DNA of 26,922 bases from Candidatus Zixiibacteriota bacterium (GTDB lineage Bacteria; Zixibacteria; MSB-5A5; UBA10806; 4484-95). Both the position numbers and the translations under genes were made by a program. Positions within the stretch are counted from its first letter, which is position 1, and each line of letters begins with the position of its first letter. Location of the stretch: the NCBI GenBank assembly GCA_029932605.1, contig JAOZPT010000032.1, positions 1-26,922 on the forward strand, in the 5' to 3' direction. A model generated the notes under the pieces. The model searched no databases and was not told the DNA's origin. It worked only from the letters and a program-made list of their open reading frames with translations. Shown here piece by piece: positions 1 through 9,302 of the stretch.

Positions 1-14
1 TTTAGAAAAAATAA

Positions 15-489
15 TTATCTTAAGTAAATTACTTTTATGGAAGTTATCAAGTGTTGCTCCATAATACAGGCAAAATAAATCCCTGAAGAGACCTTATTGC
101 CTGAGTTGTCCGTAGCATCCCATATTATTTGTAAGGATCTCTCTTTTATTTTTTTTAATAGGTAAGCTTTTCACTAGCTCCCCTAACAGATTATATATTT
201 CTATAATTACTTCTCTGTCAGTGTTTAACGTCCTGTTATAGATTATTGTCGTGGAGGAATTGAAGGGATTTGGATAACAATATAAAATGTTATCATCCCC
301 TGGAAGTAGCTCCTCAGATTCATCACCGGGAATATCAGTTTGAAATATTGAATAAATAAACACCTTACTTCTCAGGGTATCGGCAGCGTATCTGATAGCC
401 AAATCATCAACGCCGTCAGCGTTTATATCACCTATAACAGGATTATATAATTTACGCGATTGACAATAATCGATCGTTCCGTGACTTAA
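15..489 (-). pseudogene. Remnant of a secreted FG-GAP repeat protein with a C-terminal FlgD-Ig/T9SS-type sorting domain; 5'-truncated and frameshifted
   Basis: The frame upstream of ORF 94..402 reads GDINADGVDDLAI (FG-GAP motif) but is closed by TAG at 490-492 with no ATG. YPNPFNSSTTI...IEIYNLLGELVKSL continues in another frame as QIIWDATDNSGNKVSSGIYF...KVIYLR* (stop 15-17). The shift lies near the T8 tract at 149-156. Confidence 0.8.
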
Positions 490-513
490 CTATTTCAAGC
501 TATTTGTCGAGTT

Positions 514-1863
514 TTAATTAGATCTGTCCTGCTCCTTCATTTGTTGCTGTGCTATTTTTTTTAGTTGTTCGATATCTTCGGTAAAAATAGGTCCCAATTC
601 GGTTTTATGCTCGAACTGTTCAGCCCATGTCAGCATCTTAAATGCCTCCGAAGCTCGTTTCGATTCCAGGAGCGCTTTGCAGTAAGATAAGGCTAGGTCG
701 GTTATATTCGCCACTATGCGATTTGAAGATGAGATCCGAACAGAACTATAGTCCTTTGCACTCACAAATGGCCCTGTAAAATCGTCAGGATTTATGCCCG
801 CAAGGCTTGTGCGTATCATTGAAGTATCCAGAGGGCTCTTTGACGGTTCCGGTAGCCATAAATGGAATGCCCCCGCCAGCTTGAGATGGTCCTGGGTGTC
901 TTCAGCGAAACTCAAATCGCCCACGGTGACTGCTATGGCAATTGGATTGTCGAGGGTTCCACTCTGGCGCATTTTCAACCAACCCTTCATAATCTGGTTA
1001 GCTACAGTTATCACATTACCGTTCTCATCCTGATATGCTCTAAGGCTGTCTAATTGACTATCTGCGACAGGGAGCTGTATATCGTATTTATCTCGAACGA
1101 ATCTCGCATACCATGGAGTGTTAAGAAGCGAGTAATTAACAACGGCAACATCCGGTCGATAACTCTCGACCTCTTGAACAGCTACTGCAGGATAGGTATC
1201 CATATCCCCGTTTGTCAGGAGAATCGCTTTTTGCGGAACGTAGCGCAACATCCAGCGATTATAGGAAAGGACTGCCGGTGTCAGGAATCCGGTTTTTATA
1301 AGGGAGCTTAACGCCTTCTTCTCCAGGTTTTTATCTCCCCTGTATATCGACTCGGTCCAGATTGCGAGCCAAACATTACCATCAGTGGAATCACATGCAA
1401 TGGCTCTGAGCAAATGAGACCAGGTGCTATCTTTGTTTGCTTTCTCCCAGGAACTATACATTGGATTGAATATATAAGCCAGCACTGTATGGGCAAAGCA
1501 GTGGCATGAGTCAATCTCAATAGCTTTTTTAGCCGTAGCAAATGCTGTATCGGTTTGCCTAAGGCGACGATAAGTCTCGGCCAACCAGGTGTAAACATCG
1601 GGATCATTTTTATCCTGCTCGGCAGCGCTCTCAAAGAGAGAACATGCTTCCTCGAGTTTGTTTTGACGATAGAATTCAAGTCCCTTGTCAAAATCAGAAG
1701 ACGGTTTCTTAGCACAGCTGAGTATGATGAAAATACAAAACATAAAAACAAAAACACTCATTATGTGTTTACTATCAACTCTCTGTTTTGAAGTAAAAAA
1801 GATACTTCGCCCTACCTTACCAACCTTCGAGGTTAGTACAAATAACAAGTTAAGATACACCAT
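514..1863 (-). CDS. TPR-repeat lipoprotein with a DUF2723/TMEM260-like soluble domain
   Basis: ATG with AAAGGA RBS 7 nt upstream; hydrophobic stretch ending in lipobox-like ILSC; TPR-like helices (GLEFYRQNKLEEA, YTWLAETYRRL, AKKAIEID); motif AILLTNGDMDTYP...RPDVAVVNYSLLNTPWY resembles the DUF2723 NGDNDTFP block. Confidence 0.7.
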   Translation of the reverse strand: MVYLNLLFVLTSKVGKVGRSIFFTSKQRVDSKHIMSVFVFMFCIFIILSCAKKPSSDFDKGLEFYRQNKLEEACSLFESAAEQDKNDPDVYTWLAETYRRLRQTDTAFATAKKAIEIDSCHCFAHTVLAYIFNPMYSSWEKANKDSTWSHLLRAIACDSTDGNVWLAIWTESIYRGDKNLEKKALSSLIKTGFLTPAVLSYNRWMLRYVPQKAILLTNGDMDTYPAVAVQEVESYRPDVAVVNYSLLNTPWYARFVRDKYDIQLPVADSQLDSLRAYQDENGNVITVANQIMKGWLKMRQSGTLDNPIAIAVTVGDLSFAEDTQDHLKLAGAFHLWLPEPSKSPLDTSMIRTSLAGINPDDFTGPFVSAKDYSSVRISSSNRIVANITDLALSYCKALLESKRASEAFKMLTWAEQFEHKTELGPIFTEDIEQLKKIAQQQMKEQDRSN

Positions 1864-2084
1864 TTCGTAATCCTTTCAGCTTTAACCTAATTTTATCAAA
1901 AAAATACAAGTAATTTTGTTCAATCCCAAAATATATCACTTTAGACGTTGTTTGAAAGTAAAATAATTACCATATCATTAAAAACCCAATCAGCATCACT
2001 TATAAAAATTTAAGCAATGCTTTCCACAAAAGCAAGTTATATCCCACCTTGATCTTGAATGAACAAGTTGAAAACTATTTATGT

Positions 2085-2601
2085 AGTTGCTCCTGAAAAA
2101 CGGGTTAATTCATTTGCTTTAAGTGGAGGATCTCTACTGACAGTATTTTTGTGGTTTACTCATTTTCAAAAGAGAATAGCTTTGAACCCATTGAGTTTAA
2201 CTTGGTTTCGCCAGAGGATACTTTTACAGAGCAGGGACAGTCAGAATAAGGTTTACAGTGTATTTGAGCCGCATGTTTATCGTGTGTCTAAAGGGAAATC
2301 ATCCAAGAAGTATGAGTTTGGCAGCAATGAGCATGATTCAAAGACTATAGGACCTACCCTGGCTAACATGAAGGAGCTAACAGACGGTATGCCATCCTAT
2401 ACGGTTGCTGACAAAGGAATTATTGGCGATGTAATCAATCCCAAGTTAGCGGTAATGGGCTGGAATCTGAAGAAGCTTATGAAAGAGCTTCTTTTTGCCC
2501 TGAAAAATCTTGGCCTGCGATTGAAAATCTTGCTAAAATTCCAATCGCCAAGATCCTTCGTACTTGCAAAAACTTGAAATAAGACTTTTTCAGTGGCAAC
2601 T
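2085..2601 (+). mobile_element. Internally deleted IS5-family element (MITE-like, ~517 bp)
   Basis: Terminal inverted repeats AGTTGCTCCTGAAAAA (2085-2100) and TTTTTCAGTGGCAACT (2586-2601), 14/16 match. They enclose IS5 transposase fragments KVYSVFEPHVYRVSKGKSSKKYEFG, HDSKT, ADKG and GDVINPKLAVMGWNLKKL. Confidence 0.8.
2200..2577 (+). pseudogene. IS5-family transposase fragment
   Basis: C-terminal transposase motifs sit next to each other with the intervening segments missing; no N-terminal half. The 5' boundary is approximate. Confidence 0.75.
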
Positions 2602-2636
2602 GAGCAGATTTAAAATTAAGGTAATTATAAAAATGT

Positions 2637-2666
2637 AAAAAAAGCGACGATATTATCGCCGCTTTT
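2637..2666 (-). terminator. Rho-independent terminator of the mfd...DUF2914 run
   Basis: Minus strand AAAAGCGGCGATA-A-TATCGTCGC-TTTTTTT: stem with one G-U pair then a U7 tract, about 35 nt after the DUF2914 stop. Confidence 0.75.
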
Positions 2667-2700
2667 GTTGTTGGCTTTCCCGGGTTGAAGGAATTTGACT

Positions 2701-3162
2701 TTATTCGACTTCAAACTCGGTTGAGGCCAGTAAATTACCATCAGCATCGATAACCTCAACCTTCCAATCGCCTTTCCACTCAGGCATCATCGTTTTATAC
2801 GACCAAGTACGCATACGTGGGTATTTGACATCGAGGGCAACCCGAGCCTTTTCATCACCACCATAATACCAAACATGCTCAACAATTGTGGGCTCCTCAC
2901 AACCAGTTATCAAACTCCAACAGTATATCCTCTCGGTATCTGAGGAAAAAGTAACAGCCTCACCCTGAACCTCTCTTTCCTCGATTCCCACACCGCAAGC
3001 AATCCTCTCGACCTTAAGATCGGTTGAAGGTGCCTTTGAAACCTCCTCTGCTGGAGCCTCCTTTACTTGTTTACCAGTATCCCCAGTTTGGGCATAGGCA
3101 ACCGGTATCGTAAGCATTACAGCCAGAATACCTAATAAAAACATCTTCGTCAGTCTCCTCAT
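2701..3162 (-). CDS. DUF2914 domain secreted protein
   Basis: AAGGAGG RBS 8 nt before the ATG at 3162; signal peptide ending AYA-Q; IYCWS...VEHVWY...RTWSYK...GDWKVEV matches the DUF2914 pattern. Confidence 0.8.
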   Translation of the reverse strand: MRRLTKMFLLGILAVMLTIPVAYAQTGDTGKQVKEAPAEEVSKAPSTDLKVERIACGVGIEEREVQGEAVTFSSDTERIYCWSLITGCEEPTIVEHVWYYGGDEKARVALDVKYPRMRTWSYKTMMPEWKGDWKVEVIDADGNLLASTEFEVE

Positions 3163-3179
3163 AATCATTTCCTCCTTGA

Positions 3180-3914
3180 TCAATCTTGTGATTTATTTAA
3201 ATCCAACGGCCTTAAATTGACCTGTGACGACCAGGCTCGTTTTGATTGGCTCAATAAATACATAATTGTATCAGCGATATCCTCGGGAAGTAAAATCCCT
3301 GGCTTGGAGTTTATACGTTTTCGAGGATCGCCTCCCCCGAAATGTGTGGCAGTGGAACCGGGCATTATAATAGATACTTTGACACCATAACTCCTTAACT
3401 CCTGTCCAAGGCTTTCGGAAAAACCTAAAAGGCCATATTTTGAAGCGCAGTAGGTTGCCATACCGGCAATTGGCGTAGTGGAAGCTCCTGAGCCGATGTT
3501 TATGATATAACCTGAGCCCTGTGATATCATAGCCCTGCCAATAATTTTACTTAAGATAAATACCGAACGAAGGTTGATATTCATCATCGATTCGTAATCC
3601 GAAAGTTCCAGGTCAACCACATCTTTAGTGACACCAATACCAGCATTGTTTACCAGGATATCTAAACTGTCATAATGTTTCAAAGAATTTTCTGCAAGCC
3701 TAAACACCTCATCACTTTTGTTGAAATCTGCCTTTTCAATGATTACCCGAGGAAATTCCCGATGTAATCCATCCAACCTTTGAGCATCTGATCCACATGC
3801 TACTACTTTGATGCCGGCCTCTACGAACGATTTTACAATAGCCTTGCCAATTCCGCCAGTAGCACCCGTAACAAGCGCTCTTTTATTATCAAGATTTTTT
3901 ATCAGCGATTTCAA
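3180..3914 (-). CDS. Classical short-chain dehydrogenase/reductase
   Basis: TGATGGIG, NNAG and catalytic YCASK motifs. Probable TTG start at 3914; the ORF-track extension to 3995 lies deep inside hflX. Confidence 0.88.
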   Translation of the reverse strand: MKSLIKNLDNKRALVTGATGGIGKAIVKSFVEAGIKVVACGSDAQRLDGLHREFPRVIIEKADFNKSDEVFRLAENSLKHYDSLDILVNNAGIGVTKDVVDLELSDYESMMNINLRSVFILSKIIGRAMISQGSGYIINIGSGASTTPIAGMATYCASKYGLLGFSESLGQELRSYGVKVSIIMPGSTATHFGGGDPRKRINSKPGILLPEDIADTIMYLLSQSKRAWSSQVNLRPLDLNKSQD

Positions 3915-5184
3915 CCTTCGCCCCCGCCCTCTCCAATTTCGGGATTTCATACTTAAGAAGTTTTCCTTTAAAGATAAAGTCGCTATTCTCGACACGACTA
4001 GAATAAATCTGCATTATTTTAGATATTAGAGCAACCGCTTCAGTATAAAATTGTGGCAAAACAACAAGCACCTCCGCATAAAGGTCATCACAGGCGTCAC
4101 TAAGAGATTTTAACAGCATGGTAATACCCTCATCAGTCTTAGCCGAAACGAAATGGCATCCAGGATACTTCGCCATCATGTTGAGCCGCAAATTGTTATT
4201 ATTAACAAGGTCGATTTTATTGAATACTATTAGACGTTTCAACTCCCCAGCTCCGATGTCTTCCAAAACCTTGTTGACGGTGGAGATTTTTTCATCAATA
4301 TCATGGGCGGAGAAATCCACCACATGTATGAGCATATCAGCCGTGCTGGCTTCTTTGAGAGTGGAGCGAAATGAGGCAACCAGGTTAATCGGCAATTTCC
4401 TTATAAAACCAACCGTATCAGTTAATAGATACTCTACCTTTCCACCAGCATGGACTCGCCGTGTCGTGGAATCGAGTGTAGCAAAAAAACGTGGGGCCAC
4501 AAGAGCCCGTTGACCGGAGATTTTATTGAATAAACTCGACTTACCAGCATTAGTATAACCAACCAGACAAAAATTTATCTTATCAATACGGCCCTTCCTT
4601 TGTATCTCCCGATCTACATCGATTTTCTTTAACGATTTCTTCAACTCGGCGATTTTTTTCTGTATAAGGCGGCGGTCGGTTTCAAGCTGGGTTTCACCGG
4701 GTCCTCTGGTGCCGATTGCCGCCTCCTGGCGTTCGAGATGCGTCCAGTGGCCAGAGAGCCTGGGTAAAAGATATTCCAGTTGAGCCAGTTCAACCTGAGT
4801 TTTTGCCTCGCGAGTACGGGCATGCCGGGCAAATATATCTAAGATTAAAGCAGGGCGGTCGATCACTGCAATATCGATGAACTCTTCAAGTTTTTCCTGC
4901 TGCGAGGGACTAAGCTCACCATCATAAATTACCAACTTGGCTTTAGTCTGATTACACAACTGTTTTATCTCTTGAAGTTTTCCCTCACCGAATACATACC
5001 CTGGCCGGAAACGTTCTCTTGCCTGGGTAATGGTAGCTACAACCTCACCTCCTGCTGAACGGCTCAAAGCGGCCAGTTCATTAAGAGATTCAATAACCGA
5101 ATCTGTACTCTGACCGGGTAATTTTAATGCAGCAAGGACAATCCGGTCCTTTCTCCCCCTATCTATTAAAAATCCTTTCCTCAA
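3889..5184 (-). CDS. hflX: Ribosome-splitting GTPase HflX
   Basis: LILDIFARHARTREAKTQVELAQLEYLLPRL, GPGETQLETDRR, G1 GYTNAGKSS, FATLDSTTR, DTVG, NKID, SAK. The TTG start overlaps the upstream stop (TTGA). Confidence 0.96.
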   Translation of the reverse strand: MRKGFLIDRGRKDRIVLAALKLPGQSTDSVIESLNELAALSRSAGGEVVATITQARERFRPGYVFGEGKLQEIKQLCNQTKAKLVIYDGELSPSQQEKLEEFIDIAVIDRPALILDIFARHARTREAKTQVELAQLEYLLPRLSGHWTHLERQEAAIGTRGPGETQLETDRRLIQKKIAELKKSLKKIDVDREIQRKGRIDKINFCLVGYTNAGKSSLFNKISGQRALVAPRFFATLDSTTRRVHAGGKVEYLLTDTVGFIRKLPINLVASFRSTLKEASTADMLIHVVDFSAHDIDEKISTVNKVLEDIGAGELKRLIVFNKIDLVNNNNLRLNMMAKYPGCHFVSAKTDEGITMLLKSLSDACDDLYAEVLVVLPQFYTEAVALISKIMQIYSSRVENSDFIFKGKLLKYEIPKLERAGAKVEIADKKS

Positions 5185-5447
5185 ATCAGTTCCTTTTTGT
5201 GCTCCTCAAGAAGTTCATACAGATTGACGGCCTCGGACTTTTTCATGTTCTTATATGGAAAGGCCAATACTCTTATTTTTTTATAAAACCTCGGTATATC
5301 AACCTCAATAATATCTCCGATTTTTACGGATAAGGCAGGTTTCGATCGTCCACCATTTAAGTAAACCATTCCCTCATCAATAGCGGTTTTCACCAATGAT
5401 CTGCTTTTAAGGATCCTTGCAGCCGAAAGATAAATATCAAGACGCAT
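5181..5447 (-). CDS. S4 RNA-binding domain protein (Hsp15/RqcP-YabO family)
   Basis: MRLDIYL...KSRS...G.VYLNG...KPA..VKIGDII S4 signature; 88 aa. Confidence 0.88.
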   Translation of the reverse strand: MRLDIYLSAARILKSRSLVKTAIDEGMVYLNGGRSKPALSVKIGDIIEVDIPRFYKKIRVLAFPYKNMKKSEAVNLYELLEEHKKELI

Positions 5448-5453
5448 AAGGTC

Positions 5454-6749
5454 TTAAAGCTTTACCTCGATATAATATTTCTCTCTTGTCTGTTTAAGCC
5501 ATTCGTTAAGCTCTTTTTGAGTTTTATATCGCTTGGCTATCTCCTCTATATCGTTGTAATCCTCGGTAAAATCCAGAGGCCGTGATGTCTTTTTCTCCAG
5601 AACCTTTAAGATATGATAACCATAACGGCTTAATACAGGTTGGGAAAATTCACCTGGTTGAATATCTTTTATAACTCTTTTGAACTCTGGAAAAAGCTCA
5701 TCAGAGGCGAACCAACCAATATCACCGTTGTTGCCAGCAGAGTTTTCATCATCAGAGTATTTGGCTGCAAGCTCCCCAAAATCAGAACCCTCCAGTAAGA
5801 GATTGTAAACAGAGTCAACTAAAATCTCCGCCCGCTTAATATCATCAGAAGATGGCTTAAAACTGACAAGAATATGGCTGGCTTTAACCTTATTACCCTT
5901 CTTGTTAGTAACCTTTATAATATGAAAACCAAACTGAGTCTCAACAACATCTGATATCTGACCGGGCTGTAAAGAAAAAGCAGCTTTATCAAACTCAGGC
6001 ACCATCTCCCCACGGCCAAACCATCCTAGATCTCCACCGTTTTTTGCACTCGGGTCATCAGAATAGGCCTTTGCCAGCAGGTTGAAATCCTCACCGGACA
6101 TGGCTTTATTACGAAGTTTCTGAGCATACTCTCTTAACGAGTCGCGCGTCGCCTGACCCGGTGTGGTGGATATCAGGATATGGGCAAGATGTACTCCGGC
6201 TGGCCTCTGGGGAAGGCTATCTTTATAGGTGTTATAAAACTCCTTCACCTCGCCCGATGAAATAACAACCTTAGATAACTGCCTCTGCAAAAACATCTCC
6301 TTGTAAAGTTGATTTCTTACCTCATCCCTATAGCGACTGCGCAGTTCCTTATAGGTTAGTCCCTCAGCTGTCAACTGTTCCTGAAACGCTTCTTCCGATG
6401 GGAATTGCTCCTTGATCTTTGAAATATGATCGGTCAAAGCCTCTTCAACATCATGGTTGGTGACTTTAATGGCTGTATCCTTCTCGGCCTCGATTAAAAG
6501 TAGCTTTTCATCTATCATCTGTTGAAGAATTTCATGTCTTAAACTATCCGCCAAAACCGAATCGGCTAAGTCAATGTTAGTATTCATTACCGCAAGCTTT
6601 AGCTGTGATTGAACCTCAGAAACCAAAATAATCCGGTTGTCAACAACAGCAGCAACACCATCAAGAAATTCCTGTGCGGATCCAGTTAACGACCAAATAC
6701 ATACAAAACCTAAAACAATAAGAATTTTTATGAATCTTCTAATATTCAT
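5454..6749 (-). CDS. surA: SurA-like periplasmic chaperone / parvulin PPIase
   Basis: Signal peptide; DGVAAVVDNRIILVSEV SurA N-domain; two parvulin domains (AHILI...SDDPSAKNGGDLGWF...FGFHII and SHILV...YSDD...GDIGWF...YGYHIL). Confidence 0.85.
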   Translation of the reverse strand: MNIRRFIKILIVLGFVCIWSLTGSAQEFLDGVAAVVDNRIILVSEVQSQLKLAVMNTNIDLADSVLADSLRHEILQQMIDEKLLLIEAEKDTAIKVTNHDVEEALTDHISKIKEQFPSEEAFQEQLTAEGLTYKELRSRYRDEVRNQLYKEMFLQRQLSKVVISSGEVKEFYNTYKDSLPQRPAGVHLAHILISTTPGQATRDSLREYAQKLRNKAMSGEDFNLLAKAYSDDPSAKNGGDLGWFGRGEMVPEFDKAAFSLQPGQISDVVETQFGFHIIKVTNKKGNKVKASHILVSFKPSSDDIKRAEILVDSVYNLLLEGSDFGELAAKYSDDENSAGNNGDIGWFASDELFPEFKRVIKDIQPGEFSQPVLSRYGYHILKVLEKKTSRPLDFTEDYNDIEEIAKRYKTQKELNEWLKQTREKYYIEVKL

Positions 6750-7569
6750 CTAAAGAATACTTCCTGATATTGGCCGAACCTTTCAGTCGATTAATAAGCT
6801 CGTTGTAGCTTGCCTGCCATTTTTCGTTAGTAATCATTTCAATGATATCCTGTTTGACTTCCTCTTTGGAAGAAACTGTCCCGGGAGCTGTTCGACCCCT
6901 TAACAAAAATATATGATAAAATCCGCTTTTAGACCTTACCGGCGATGTGAACTGACCGACCTCGATTTTATCAATGGCTCTAATCATATCCTCCTCAATC
7001 GCCGAAACCGGTAGAAGACCTATGTCTCCACCATTTTCCCTTGTGGTTATGTCCTCGGAAAAATCAGCAGCCAAAACAGCGAAAGAATCACCACTCTTCA
7101 AACGTTTGTAAACAGCATTAGCCGCGCCCTCAGAGTTAAGAACAATATGGCTCAAGTTCAACATCTCCTCATCGCTTTTAAACATATCTTTACGACTATT
7201 ATAAAGAGAGTCAATCTCTCTCTGGTCAACCTCTATCTTACTATAAACAGCCAAATCAACATATCGGCCAGCGATAATCTCCTTTCGTTTCTGCTCCAGA
7301 ATATTTTTTACCATCTTTTCCTTGTCTATGTTATGTTTCAAAGCCTCCTTATATAACAGCTCGGTTTCAATCCAGGCATCAATGGCCTGTGACAATTGCT
7401 TTTTAGTAATCGAATCTTGAACCTTCTGTGGAAATTGATCCATAAGGAATTCGTAAGTGAGTTTTGTGCCATCAACCTCGGCAATAACCCTACCTTCTTG
7501 CTGGGCGTTGGAACATCCTGCCAAAAAAAGCAAGATAATTACAAATGTCACGGAAAATCTATAACTCAT
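6739..7569 (-). CDS. Parvulin (PpiC-type) peptidyl-prolyl isomerase lipoprotein
   Basis: Lipobox LAGC; SHIVL...SFAVLAADFSED...GGDIG...GFYHI parvulin domain. Confidence 0.88.
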   Translation of the reverse strand: MSYRFSVTFVIILLFLAGCSNAQQEGRVIAEVDGTKLTYEFLMDQFPQKVQDSITKKQLSQAIDAWIETELLYKEALKHNIDKEKMVKNILEQKRKEIIAGRYVDLAVYSKIEVDQREIDSLYNSRKDMFKSDEEMLNLSHIVLNSEGAANAVYKRLKSGDSFAVLAADFSEDITTRENGGDIGLLPVSAIEEDMIRAIDKIEVGQFTSPVRSKSGFYHIFLLRGRTAPGTVSSKEEVKQDIIEMITNEKWQASYNELINRLKGSANIRKYSLDEY

Positions 7570-9247
7570 CTTTAAGCTTTCCTGTTTTGAGGGTTGCCTT
7601 TACCAAATCCAAATCTATAAAATGGTCAACCTTCTTTTTACGTTCATCTAACCACCTTCTCATGTTATCCAACTTCTTTTTTCCCATAAGATTTACCCTG
7701 ACCCGGTTCTCGACCTCGGAAAGCTTTTTTTGCTGCTTCGGTTTTTTACCGGTTACCTTGAACACGGCATACTCCGAGCCAATCCTCACCGGCCCACCGA
7801 TCTCTCCAATCTTCATTTTTATAGCCTGATTGTAAATTATCGAGTTGTCACGTGGCCCAATAAAGCCGAGGTCACCCCCTTTTTCAGCATAACCCGGCCG
7901 GATTGTTTTTCTAGCCAGCTTGGAAAAAGATACACCGTCATGAAGCTGGCCAAGTATCTGCTTGGCTTCATCTTCAGTCTTTACAAGAACTTCCGAAACC
8001 CTGACCTTTGCCGGTTCCACAAACATATCTTTTCTTTTATCGTAAAATTCTCTTACCTCCTCATCGCTAATGGTCACACCAGCCTGTATGTATTGGCTCT
8101 CCATCATCCGATAAATAAAACCATTACGCGCATCCTCATACTTGCGTAAATACTCAGGACTCTTTTCGAGACCTATTTGCTTCGCATATATATACATCAT
8201 CCTTGGCATAAACACATTGTCAATTATGTTATCAATAAATACCCTGTTCATTAAATCATAACCCGGGGAAGAGGACTTGTCCTTTATTGATTTTACAAAT
8301 TCTTCTACCGTTAAGGTTAACCCGTCTGCCCTTACCAGTGGCTTCTGAGCCTCGTCTGGAGTGAAATCCTCAATTGATATATACTTGCCCGAGGGTTGTT
8401 CACTGTTTTTAAGAACCTCCCTCAAGTGGGCGGCTTTTTCCCGAAGCATCTCAAGTGTTTCATCGATCATTTTATAATGTAGTTTCTTTTTTACCTTTTC
8501 TTTAAGTTCATCAGATAACTTCTGCCTTTGAAACCAGGTGGAAAATCTCCTGTATATTTTTTTATTCTGTTCGAAATCCATTGAGTCGTGTTTTATCCGT
8601 TCGCTAACTTTGATTATATGCCAGCCGTAAAGTGTTTCCACCGGTCTGGATATCTCGCCGGGTTTTAAATTAAAAGCAACCTCATCAAACTCTTTAACCA
8701 TATTACCAATTCGAATATAACCAAGTTCACCGCCTTTATCTCGGGTTACCGAATCTTCAGAACATTGTTTCGCAAGTTCAGAGAAGGAATCAGGGGCCTT
8801 CATAATAACCTGATAGAGGCTGTCAGCTAATTTTTTCCTCTTAACCAGAATATGCGAGGCTTTAATTTCACCTCCATACTGTTCCCAGAATTTATGTACC
8901 CGGTCTTCAGAATAATCCAATTGGTCGGTAATATTTTTCTTGTATAAAATTTCCAGCAATATCCGCATCTGTTGAGCCGAATCAACCTCAACAGAATCGG
9001 CCAACCCTATCTCTAAACCGGCATCGGCGATTAACATTTTATCAAGCTGTTGCTCCAAAAATTTTTCCTTCCTGTCAAACTCGTCTTGTGGTCCCTTGAA
9101 ATTCGCCTTAGAAAAAACTGATTCAAGGTCGCTTACTGTAAGAGAAAGCTTACCGGCTTTAAGAACAATCCGGTCATCAACCTTTGGTTTGGATGAACAG
9201 CCAAACAAAAAAGACGCCAATACTAACACCAATGCTATTTTTTTCAT
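7559..9247 (-). CDS. Two-domain parvulin PPIase lipoprotein
   Basis: AAGGAG RBS; lipobox LFGC; ASHILV...GGELG...YGWHII and a second, more degenerate domain VSEVLV...GGDLGFI. Confidence 0.88.
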   Translation of the reverse strand: MKKIALVLVLASFLFGCSSKPKVDDRIVLKAGKLSLTVSDLESVFSKANFKGPQDEFDRKEKFLEQQLDKMLIADAGLEIGLADSVEVDSAQQMRILLEILYKKNITDQLDYSEDRVHKFWEQYGGEIKASHILVKRKKLADSLYQVIMKAPDSFSELAKQCSEDSVTRDKGGELGYIRIGNMVKEFDEVAFNLKPGEISRPVETLYGWHIIKVSERIKHDSMDFEQNKKIYRRFSTWFQRQKLSDELKEKVKKKLHYKMIDETLEMLREKAAHLREVLKNSEQPSGKYISIEDFTPDEAQKPLVRADGLTLTVEEFVKSIKDKSSSPGYDLMNRVFIDNIIDNVFMPRMMYIYAKQIGLEKSPEYLRKYEDARNGFIYRMMESQYIQAGVTISDEEVREFYDKRKDMFVEPAKVRVSEVLVKTEDEAKQILGQLHDGVSFSKLARKTIRPGYAEKGGDLGFIGPRDNSIIYNQAIKMKIGEIGGPVRIGSEYAVFKVTGKKPKQQKKLSEVENRVRVNLMGKKKLDNMRRWLDERKKKVDHFIDLDLVKATLKTGKLKDEL

Positions 9248-9302
9248 TTATAATATCTCCTTGATTTCAACCAATCACCAAAACATCCGCTACAATAATA
9301 TC

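Noticed and set aside
94..402. 102 aa ORF as a complete protein
   Set aside because: It is the middle of a frameshifted, 5'-truncated pseudogene.
794..1870. Short plus-strand and alternate-frame ORFs over the TPR lipoprotein
   Set aside because: Shadow ORFs with no recognisable motifs.
2059..2577. 172 aa ORF as an intact gene
   Set aside because: It starts outside the IS left end and its first part translates non-coding IS end sequence; only the later part is transposase-derived.
3915..3995. N-terminal extension of the SDR
   Set aside because: It overlaps hflX by over 100 bp and precedes the Rossmann motif; TTG 3914 is more plausible.
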